A stretch of 64,000 nucleotides of DNA from Bacteroidota bacterium (GTDB lineage Bacteria > Bacteroidota > Ignavibacteria > SZUA-365), in assembly GCA_035362335.1 (NCBI GenBank), contig DAOSDL010000013.1, forward strand, positions 37,686 through 101,685, written 5' to 3'. The stretch's first letter is position 1; each line of letters starts with the position of its first letter. Below the pieces are notes generated by a model that was not told where the DNA came from, did not search any database, and saw only the letters and a program-made list of their open reading frames with translations. Positions 27,966-35,983 of the stretch are shown here, one piece after another. The position numbers were made by a program, and so were the translations under genes.

Positions 27966-28478
27966 TTATCCCTGTTCCGCCTGGGCGGGTTCGGCCAGGG
28001 AAATGCGTTGCGGAATGGCCTCGCGGATTTCCTGAATCTGCTGTTCGGTGGCCTCTTCCAGCGAAATGCCGTACTTCTCGCGGGCGTATTCCTCGCGCAG
28101 CGAGGTGTACGCCATCTTGAGCTGATCCATCACGTCGATGTAAATCTTGTAGGGCGTGTCCCGCACGGTTTTGTAGGAGATGATCAACTTCGGATTCGCC
28201 TTGATGCGGGCGATGATTTCGCCCTTGATCTGGGGAACGCCGATGATCTTCTCGTCCAGCAGCACATCACCCACCTCGTTGACGAGGAGATTGGCGATAT
28301 TATCGGATTTCACCGCCACCTGCTCTGCATTTTCGATCCACGGCGGCAGCACCAGATCGATGCCGGTGTCGACATCAATGGTGGTGGTCACCAGGAAGAA
28401 GAGCAACAGCAGGAAGGAGATATCCGCCATGGAACTGGTCGGAATCTCAACCGGCGGTTTTTTGCGTTTGCGAAACAT
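27966..28478 (-). CDS. exbD: Biopolymer transport protein ExbD/TolR (second copy).
   Basis: A TM helix (MADISFLLLLFFLVTT) and ExbD fold are present. Two tandem exbD genes are typical of FCB-group TonB systems. Confidence 0.75.
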   Translation of the reverse strand: MFRKRKKPPVEIPTSSMADISFLLLLFFLVTTTIDVDTGIDLVLPPWIENAEQVAVKSDNIANLLVNEVGDVLLDEKIIGVPQIKGEIIARIKANPKLIISYKTVRDTPYKIYIDVMDQLKMAYTSLREEYAREKYGISLEEATEQQIQEIREAIPQRISLAEPAQAEQG

Positions 28479-28520
28479 GGTGCACTCCTGCTTGGATGGA
28501 AAAAAGGGTGGGGATGAACA

Positions 28521-29213
28521 TCAACCCTTCTTTTTACGATCCAGCACAACGAGGGAATCGATCAGTTCGATCGAACTCTCTTCCATTTCCACCACGAGCT
28601 TGTCGATGCGGGCGACGAAGTAGTTGTAGCACACTTGCAGCAACATGGCCACGATCAGACCGAACAGCGTGGTGAGCAATGCCACGGAAATACCGCTGGC
28701 GACGATTTCCGGCGAGATGTTCTTCGCGGCCGCGATGGCGTCGAAGGCCTCGATCATACCCTGCACCGTTCCGGTGAAACCGAGCAGCGGAGCAATGGAG
28801 ATGAAGGTGGAAATCCAGATCAAACCGCGCTCGAGGAAGGACATTTCGATCGAGCCGTAGCTGATCACGGCCTTCTCGGCGGCGTCGATACCTTCGTCGG
28901 CGCGCATGAGACCGGCCTGGAACACGCTGGCCACCGAACCGCTGCTCTTCGAGCACACGTCGATCGCTTTCGGCACGCCACCCTCATCCAGGGCCTTCTT
29001 CACTTCGATGATGAATTTCTTCGTGTTGACGCTCGCGCGCGAAATGGAGATGAATTTGAAAATCACGAAGGCAAGACCCAGCACGAGGCAGGCGAGGATC
29101 GGCCACATGAAGAAGCCACCCTGATTGAATTTTTCGACCAGGTAATTGATCATGCCGGAGTTGTCACCTGCATCCTGAAGGAGCAGGAAGAAGGTTCCAA
29201 GAAGATGCTGCAT
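28521..29213 (-). CDS. exbB: MotA/TolQ/ExbB proton-channel protein.
   Basis: The C-terminal motif PLLGFTGTVQGMIEAFDAIA is present with 3 TM helices. GGAGG lies 8 nt before the ATG. Confidence 0.8.
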   Translation of the reverse strand: MQHLLGTFFLLLQDAGDNSGMINYLVEKFNQGGFFMWPILACLVLGLAFVIFKFISISRASVNTKKFIIEVKKALDEGGVPKAIDVCSKSSGSVASVFQAGLMRADEGIDAAEKAVISYGSIEMSFLERGLIWISTFISIAPLLGFTGTVQGMIEAFDAIAAAKNISPEIVASGISVALLTTLFGLIVAMLLQVCYNYFVARIDKLVVEMEESSIELIDSLVVLDRKKKG

Positions 29214-29435
29214 TGCGGTATGCCTCCATGAATAGGAAAAAAGTGTACGTTCGATTCTGTGTCTGCCGGGACGAACCGCGTCGAGCGCCGCTCTGCGCGT
29301 GTGCGATGAACCGTGGCAAACGGCCCATTCTCAAAAATACGCCCGATCTCCACGAAACTCAAGCACGATGTGTTAAAAATTGATGGGCCTGTCCTTTGCC
29401 CCTTCGACGTGTGGAGCCGCTTCCACGCCCCGCGC

Positions 29436-30131
29436 TCACTGCTCCGCCGCGGTCAGCGCGGCAACGAACATCGACGTCACCAGCCGGGGCCGCGTGATGG
29501 CCGAGCCCACCACCACGGCATGCGCGCCCACTTGCAGCGCCTCCAGCGCGTCCTCGGGAGTCCATATCCTTCCCTCCGCCACGACGGGCGTGGTGAGACT
29601 GAGCGCCAACTCGTTGATCAGCATGAAGTCGGGATGGCGGTAATCGTCGGTCTGCGTGCCGGGTGTGTAACCCGAGAGCGTGGTGGCAATCACATCCGCG
29701 CCGATCTCCGCGGCGCGCACACCCTCGCGGTAATTCGCGATGTCGGCCCAGAGCGTGCCGGTGAAGCGCTTGCGTATCTGTTCAAAAAAGACAAAACCAT
29801 CCGTTCCATCCGGTCTCTTGCGCTTGGTCATGTCCACGGCCACCGCGTCGGCACCCGCATCGAAAAGTGCGGCGATATCGTCGGCGGCGGGAGTAATCAG
29901 CGAGGACCCGTCCTCGTAGCTGCCCTGCGTGAAACCGATGAGCGGGATACGCGTGCGTGCGCGCACGGTACGAACGCGCTCCACGCCCTCAATGCGCAGC
30001 GCCACGGCTCCGCCCCGCTCCGCCGCGTCCGTGAAAAAGCGAAACAGCGCATCATCCTCCACGCCTTCGTCCATGTGGCAGGAAACGACCAGGCCTCCGC
30101 TCAGGCGATGTATGAATTCCTCTGCCGTCAT
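29436..30131 (-). CDS. nanE: Putative N-acetylmannosamine-6-phosphate 2-epimerase (NanE-family TIM barrel).
   Basis: The sequence GGLVVSCHMDEG...GAVALRIEGVE...GADVIATTLSGYT...LSLTTPVVAEGRIWTPEDA matches the NanE pattern. The likely start is MTAEEFIH at 30131. Confidence 0.6.
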   Translation of the reverse strand: MTAEEFIHRLSGGLVVSCHMDEGVEDDALFRFFTDAAERGGAVALRIEGVERVRTVRARTRIPLIGFTQGSYEDGSSLITPAADDIAALFDAGADAVAVDMTKRKRPDGTDGFVFFEQIRKRFTGTLWADIANYREGVRAAEIGADVIATTLSGYTPGTQTDDYRHPDFMLINELALSLTTPVVAEGRIWTPEDALEALQVGAHAVVVGSAITRPRLVTSMFVAALTAAEQ

Positions 30132-30320
30132 TCCTTCTGTCCTTGTATGCACGCGCCGCCAACCGCGGCATGATCCATTGCCCTGTGCTTCGCCGCATGC
30201 CACACGCGGCGTGAAGCGCACGGCCCGCCACCGGATGCCTCGCGCGGCCATCCGGTATCGCACCGTGTTTCTTTCCATTTCACAACATACATACACGCGG
30301 CGAATGATGCACGTGGCCGC

Positions 30321-31025
30321 TCACAGCCATGGCGTCATCGCCATCCACACAGCCACTCCCAGCAGCACGAGCAGTAACAGTGCCAGCACCGGCATCGCAA
30401 TGCGCACGCGCACGGCGACGCTGTACGGACGGAACGCCCTGGCCAGCAAGGCGCCACTCCATACGAGGCAGGCAACATCCACACCCAGCAGCAGCCAGAA
30501 CGGCAGCGGCTGCGTGTGCCAGGCGGCCGGGTTGCGGGAAAACATGGTCAACCCCAACACGCCGAGTTGCATGGGCAACACCAGCACGCCGGCCCAGGCC
30601 AGCGGCACAAGCGCCCAGGCGAGCTGCGCCGCGCGCTGCTTGTACGTCAACGCGGGAAGCAGCGCACGCGCGAGCAGCGTGAGAAGCACACCGTACAGCA
30701 CACCGAGTACGGGACCGGCACTCAGCAGCGCAACGAACAGCGCGCCAAAACCCCGGCCGCCATCCCCTGCCGCGGCGAGGACAAACACCGCCGCGAGCAG
30801 GAACGGACCGGTGAGCGCAAAAAGGATGTGCGTGTAGTTTTTACGCTCGCTGCGCGCCACGCGCAGGAAGGCCGCATCCGGAGCGTCGACGAGGCGCCAG
30901 AGCGTGGAAAAAAGATCCACCACCGGCACGCGGTCGCGCACGAAGGCCCCGCAATGCGCACAGCGGAGAACCAGGGGTTGGTTCTCCGCTCCGCACGACG
31001 GACAGCGGTCGCCCGCCGTACTCAT
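30321..31025 (-). CDS. Membrane protein with an N-terminal zinc-ribbon (CxxC-x12-CxxC) and a multi-TM Yip1-like body.
   Basis: The N-terminus reads CPSCGAENQPLVLRCAHCGAF and is followed by about 5 hydrophobic helices. The gene sits 40 bp downstream of secA on the same strand. Confidence 0.5.
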   Translation of the reverse strand: MSTAGDRCPSCGAENQPLVLRCAHCGAFVRDRVPVVDLFSTLWRLVDAPDAAFLRVARSERKNYTHILFALTGPFLLAAVFVLAAAGDGGRGFGALFVALLSAGPVLGVLYGVLLTLLARALLPALTYKQRAAQLAWALVPLAWAGVLVLPMQLGVLGLTMFSRNPAAWHTQPLPFWLLLGVDVACLVWSGALLARAFRPYSVAVRVRIAMPVLALLLLVLLGVAVWMAMTPWL

Positions 31026-31065
31026 GCTCCGCTGCGCATCAGCGCACCCGGCATCGAAGATGGCA

Positions 31066-34000
31066 TTATTCTTCCTGGCCGTGGCATTGTTTGTATTTCT
31101 TGCCGCTGCCGCAGGGACAAGGATCGTTGCGGCCCGGTCGCTTCTCCACGCGTATCGGCTGTCGCTTGCCGGCGATGGCTTCCTGCGGCGCCTCGAGGCC
31201 GGGAATGGCCTCGCGATTGCTGTAACCCATGCCCTCGGAGGATTGATGCGTGGTGATCAATTCCGACACGCGCGGCGCGCGGGGACGCGTGGGTATTTGC
31301 TGCTCGCGCACAGGATACAGGCGGAAGACCATGCCCAGCACTTCGCGGTTGATCATGCCGATCATCTGCACGAACATGTCGAAGGCCTCGCGCTTGTATT
31401 CGATCAGCGGATCCTTCTGTCCGTACGCGCGCATGTGAATGCCTTCCTTCAGGTCGTCCATCTCGCGGAGATGCTCCTTCCAGCGGATGTCCACCACCTG
31501 CAGCATGGCCATGCGCATGAGCTGCTGCATCATCTCGGGACCGAGATCGCCTTCCTTGCGGCGGAGGAAATCCATCGCGGTGGCCACGATCACATCCTTC
31601 AAATCCTGCGCACTGCTGATGCTGCGCTTGTTCGGATCGATTTCGAGATCGATGACGAGATTGCGGCGCACTTCCTCGCGCAACACATCCAGATCACCCG
31701 CTTCCCAATGGGCGTCGGCCAGATCCGAAGCGTATTGCTCGACCATGTCCTGGATTTCGTCCTTGAGGTTCTCGCCCAACAAGGCTTGTCGGCGCCGCGC
31801 GTAAATCACCGTGCGCTGCTGATTCATCACGTTGTCGTATTCGAGCAAACGCTTGCGGATGCCGAAGTTGTTTTCCTCGACTTTTTTCTGCGCGCGCTCC
31901 ACCGACTTGGTGATCATCGAATGCGTAATCACCTCGCCCTCCTGCACACCGAGCCGCGTCATGATGCCGGCGATGCGGTCGGATTTGAACAGGCGCATCA
32001 GATCGTCCTCGAGCGAGAGATAGAAGCGCGACACGCCCGGATCGCCCTGGCGTCCCGCGCGACCGCGCAACTGCCGGTCAATGCGGCGCGCCTCGTGGCG
32101 CTCGGTGCCTACGATAACGAGACCGCCGGCTTCTTTCACGCCCGGACCGAGCTTGATGTCGGTTCCGCGTCCCGCCATGTTGGTGGCGATGGTGACGGCG
32201 CCGGGCAGACCGGCGTTTTGCACGATTTCGGCTTCGCGCTGATGCTGCTTGGCGTTGAGCACGTTGTGCGGCACGCCTTTGCGCTTGAGCATGCGCGAGA
32301 GCGTTTCCGACACTTCCACGCTCGTGGTACCCACGAGCAGCGGCTGACGATTGTTGCGGCATTCCTCGATGTAATCGATGACCGCGTTGTACTTCTCGCG
32401 CTTGGTTTTGTAAATGTGGTCTTCCTGATCGTCACGGACGATTGGCCGATTGGTCGGAATGACCACCACGTCGAGCTTGTAAATTTCGTAGAATTCGCCG
32501 GCCTCGGTTTCGGCGGTACCGGTCATGCCCGCCAGCTTGTTGTAGAGGCGGAAATAGTTCTGCAGTGTGATGGTGGCCAACGTCTGCGTGTCGCCTTCGA
32601 CCTTCACGTTTTCCTTGCTCTCGATGGCCTGATGCAAGCCCTCGGAGTAGCGGCGACCGGGGAGAATGCGTCCGGTAAACTGGTCGACGATGAGGATTTT
32701 GCCTTCCTGCACCACGTATTCCACATCCTTCTCGTAGAGGCAGTAGGCCTTGAGCAACTGATGCACGGTGTGGATGCGGTCGCTGCGTTCGGCGTACACT
32801 TGCTGGAAGCGATCCTTTTCCTTCTGCATCTCGGTGGGATCGAGATTGCGGGCCGAAAGCTGGCTCATTTCGCTGGCGATGTCGGGCAGCACGAAGAAGT
32901 CGGCTTCCTCCTTTGAGGGTGCGAGGAATAGCCGGCCTTTCTCGGTGAGATCGACGGTGTAGGTTTTTTCATCGATGGAGAAATACAGTTCTTCGATGAT
33001 CTCGGGCATGCGGCGAGCGTTGTCGGCGCGGTACACGTTTTCCGTGCGCTGCATCAGGGCCTGATTTTCCGGCTCGCTGAGTACTTTCAACAGCTTCTTG
33101 TTCTTGGGCAAACCGCGCTGTGCGCGGTAAATCAGCACACCCGCCTCGTCCTTCTTGTCTTCCTTGAGCAGGCGCTCGGCCTCGGCGAGAATTTTCGCCA
33201 CGTAGGCGTTTTGCGCATTCACCAGGCGATCGACACGCGGCTTCATCTCGTCGAATTTGTGGTCGCCGCTGTCGCCCACCGGACCACTGATGATAAGCGG
33301 CGTACGGGCTTCATCGATGAGCACGGAGTCAACTTCATCAACGATGGCGAAGTTGTGATCGCGCTGCACGAGATCGGCGGTTTCGATCACCATGTTGTCG
33401 CGCAGGTAATCGAAGCCGAATTCATTGTTCGTACCGTAGATGATGTCGCGCGCGTAAATGTCGCGGCGATCCTGCGGCCCCATCCAGTTCTGAATGCAGC
33501 CCACGGTCAGGCCGTGCCATTCGAACACGATTCCCATCCACTCGCTGTCGCGGCGGGCGAGATAGTCGTTGACGGTCACCACATGCACGCCCTTGCCGGG
33601 CAGCGCATTGAGGTAAATGGGCAGCGTTGCCACGAGCGTCTTGCCTTCACCTGTCGCCATTTCGGCGATTTTACCCTGATGCAACACGATGCCGCCGATG
33701 AGCTGCACGTCGAAGGGCACCATGTCCCAGACCATTTTATTGTCCACGACATTGTATTCGGTACCCACCAGACGGCGGCAGGTCTCCTTCACCACGGCGT
33801 AGGCCTCGGGAAGGATGTCGTCGAGCACGTCCTCGATGGTTTCCTTGAGGGACTCGCGCAATTCCTTCATGCGGTCGTGCAGCCATTCCCTGTCGATGCC
33901 CGCGGCATCTTCGCTGAGTTGGCGCTGAATGTCGGCGATTTCCGCCTCGATGCCTTCGGTTTCCTGGCGAATGCGTGCGCGGAACTCCTGCGTCTTGGCC

Positions 34001-34131
34001 CGCAGCTCGTCGTCGCTCAGGGACTGGAATTGTTCGAAATGCCCGTTGATCTGATCAACGAGCGGCATCAGCTCCTTGACGTCGCGTTCCTTTTTGCCGC
34101 CGCCGAAGAGCTTTGCGATGAGATTCAACAT
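31066..34131 (-). CDS. secA: Preprotein translocase ATPase SecA.
   Basis: DEAD-like motor motifs are present and the C-terminal zinc-binding tail reads CPCGSGKKYKQCHG. The protein is 1021 aa. Confidence 0.95.
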   Translation of the reverse strand: MLNLIAKLFGGGKKERDVKELMPLVDQINGHFEQFQSLSDDELRAKTQEFRARIRQETEGIEAEIADIQRQLSEDAAGIDREWLHDRMKELRESLKETIEDVLDDILPEAYAVVKETCRRLVGTEYNVVDNKMVWDMVPFDVQLIGGIVLHQGKIAEMATGEGKTLVATLPIYLNALPGKGVHVVTVNDYLARRDSEWMGIVFEWHGLTVGCIQNWMGPQDRRDIYARDIIYGTNNEFGFDYLRDNMVIETADLVQRDHNFAIVDEVDSVLIDEARTPLIISGPVGDSGDHKFDEMKPRVDRLVNAQNAYVAKILAEAERLLKEDKKDEAGVLIYRAQRGLPKNKKLLKVLSEPENQALMQRTENVYRADNARRMPEIIEELYFSIDEKTYTVDLTEKGRLFLAPSKEEADFFVLPDIASEMSQLSARNLDPTEMQKEKDRFQQVYAERSDRIHTVHQLLKAYCLYEKDVEYVVQEGKILIVDQFTGRILPGRRYSEGLHQAIESKENVKVEGDTQTLATITLQNYFRLYNKLAGMTGTAETEAGEFYEIYKLDVVVIPTNRPIVRDDQEDHIYKTKREKYNAVIDYIEECRNNRQPLLVGTTSVEVSETLSRMLKRKGVPHNVLNAKQHQREAEIVQNAGLPGAVTIATNMAGRGTDIKLGPGVKEAGGLVIVGTERHEARRIDRQLRGRAGRQGDPGVSRFYLSLEDDLMRLFKSDRIAGIMTRLGVQEGEVITHSMITKSVERAQKKVEENNFGIRKRLLEYDNVMNQQRTVIYARRRQALLGENLKDEIQDMVEQYASDLADAHWEAGDLDVLREEVRRNLVIDLEIDPNKRSISSAQDLKDVIVATAMDFLRRKEGDLGPEMMQQLMRMAMLQVVDIRWKEHLREMDDLKEGIHMRAYGQKDPLIEYKREAFDMFVQMIGMINREVLGMVFRLYPVREQQIPTRPRAPRVSELITTHQSSEGMGYSNREAIPGLEAPQEAIAGKRQPIRVEKRPGRNDPCPCGSGKKYKQCHGQEE

Positions 34132-34524
34132 GGTATGATGCTTCCTTGTGTTTCGCTTGTCGTCAATGAAGTACAGGTTATGGCGTGAAAATCACACCAA
34201 CGACGGCGCGCGAATGGGATGGGCGGGATACCGCGGAGTAGCGTGCGCCCGACCGGCACCTCCTGTACTGGGCAAGCGCGTGCAGCGCTCGTCTCCCCTT
34301 CCGGCGACACCGGGCAGCGCTATCACCGTCGCCACCTGTGCGCGCGGTGTGCGTGGCTGCACGTGTACCTGGCGCATGGCGGCCATGGCGCGCTCGATGC
34401 GATGCCGGAGCTGCGGAACCGCGCTGCTTTCGACCGCTGTCGCGTCGAAGCGCAGAATGGAGCCACACAGGAAGGAAACAGTGAACAGAATACCGGTCAT
34501 GCACACAATCACGGATTTTACATA

Positions 34525-34560
34525 AAAAGAAAATGTAGGGAGTTTCGTCCGTGGAAACAA
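34525..34560 (-). promoter_or_regulatory. Candidate sigma-70-like promoter (-35 TTGTTT, 17-nt spacer, -10 TACATT) inside the secA upstream region.
   Basis: It lies in a locally AT-rich patch (34500-34560) that contrasts with the GC-rich flanks. Read on the minus strand it is TTGTTTccacggacgaaactcccTACATT. Confidence 0.25.
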
Positions 34561-34609
34561 GGCATATCCACGACACATCGCACGGGGCGGGTGTTTCGCG
34601 ACGCTTGGC

Positions 34610-35983
34610 TCAGGGCAACAGCCCCGCTCGTCGCAGGGCGCGGGCAAGCGTGCGCGTGCGCAAATCCAGTCGCTCGAACTCTTCCTCGGGATCGGCTACG
34701 AGGCGCAGACGCCCCCAGCTCTCGGGACGATCGCTTTCAAACTCCCGCGCCGTTGCCAAAACGGTGTACCAGTCTCTGCGCTGTGCGTGATCCACGTCGT
34801 GATACACCGCTGCAAAGCCAATACTGTGCGTTCGTGCGTTGCGCAGCAGTAGCGATCGAGGTATGCGCATGCCGAAACGCCAGGTGTTGTAGCTGCCTTC
34901 CACCGCCTGCCTGCTCACCTCAACACCGCGCAGCAGGGAGTCGGCCTTGCCCTCGCCGCGCAATTCCACCACGCTCCCCTCGCCCGTGCCTTCGCCCATG
35001 CGCAGCAACAGGGCGAATGTGCTCTGTGCCGCATAGCGCTGCCGGCTTCCGTCGGGGCGGAGCTTCGGCTTGCCACCGATGTCGAAATACAGCGCGAAAT
35101 GGTCAGCCGAATCCAGATTGCGATGCGCCAGCAAGCGGTCGTCATGCACGCGAAGCTGGAAGTACACGTCGCTGCTGTCGTAGCGCGCGGAAAGAAAAAA
35201 GTGGCTGTCATCGGCGCCGTACCAACTGCTGCCGCCTGATGCCACAGCGAGGCCGCTGCTGTCGCCAACCCACTCCGGTATGTCTTCGGGCAACTCCAAA
35301 CCGAGCGGATACACGGGCAGCGCCTGATATTTTTGCTCGAGATACACCTTGCCACTGTTCGCCCCGGTGAATCGCTCCCACTCTTCATTCGTCAACAGAT
35401 CGAGCGAGCGCTCATGCCCCACGGAGGTGCTGCTGCCTCCGGATACCATGCGCCGCGTGGTCCATTCGCTCACGCGACGGAACAGTCCGCGATCCATGCT
35501 GTAGCCCGTGATGCGCCAGTCGTACTCGCCGGTTTTCTCGGTGATGTAGCACACGCCCTGCTCGATGGAAAAGCCCACCTCGATGGGTTCCAGCATATAC
35601 TTGCGCTGCAAACTGCGGACCAGATCGAAGCTCGCTCCCTCGTTCACAAACACGTGAATATCCAGTACGCGCGGTGGCGCATCGCTGCGGCGCGTGGACA
35701 GTACGAGGTCCATGCCGTCGTCGCCGGAGATGTCGCCGTAATCGTAACCGTAGATTTTGGACGTTGGAGGAAGTTTCGATAGAATAGATGCGATCTTCTC
35801 CTTCGAGAAGATGGTCTGCAATTCCTCGGCGAAAGCCGCGAATTCCAGACTGTCGGACCCGGCCACACCGCTTCCGCGCTGCGGAGGACGCAGGGTGTGT
35901 GATTCTGCCGGGGTAGCCGAAAGCAGCACACAGAACAGAACAAGCAGGCCTATGAAATGTGATCTGTATCGGTTCTCGCGCAT
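34610..35983 (-). CDS. Secreted hypothetical protein with Asp-rich FG-GAP/VCBS-like loops and a possible CBM9-like C-terminal domain.
   Basis: The likely start is MRENRYRSHFIGLLVLFCVLLSATPAES (signal peptide). Internal motifs include YGYDYGDISGDDGMDLVLS and DSSDVYFQLRVHDDRLL...DSADHFALYFDIGG. Confidence 0.5.
   Translation of the reverse strand: MRENRYRSHFIGLLVLFCVLLSATPAESHTLRPPQRGSGVAGSDSLEFAAFAEELQTIFSKEKIASILSKLPPTSKIYGYDYGDISGDDGMDLVLSTRRSDAPPRVLDIHVFVNEGASFDLVRSLQRKYMLEPIEVGFSIEQGVCYITEKTGEYDWRITGYSMDRGLFRRVSEWTTRRMVSGGSSTSVGHERSLDLLTNEEWERFTGANSGKVYLEQKYQALPVYPLGLELPEDIPEWVGDSSGLAVASGGSSWYGADDSHFFLSARYDSSDVYFQLRVHDDRLLAHRNLDSADHFALYFDIGGKPKLRPDGSRQRYAAQSTFALLLRMGEGTGEGSVVELRGEGKADSLLRGVEVSRQAVEGSYNTWRFGMRIPRSLLLRNARTHSIGFAAVYHDVDHAQRRDWYTVLATAREFESDRPESWGRLRLVADPEEEFERLDLRTRTLARALRRAGLLP

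Noticed and set aside
30904-32916. 670-aa plus-strand ORF antisense to secA
   Set aside because: A shadow ORF; secA on the opposite strand is unambiguous.
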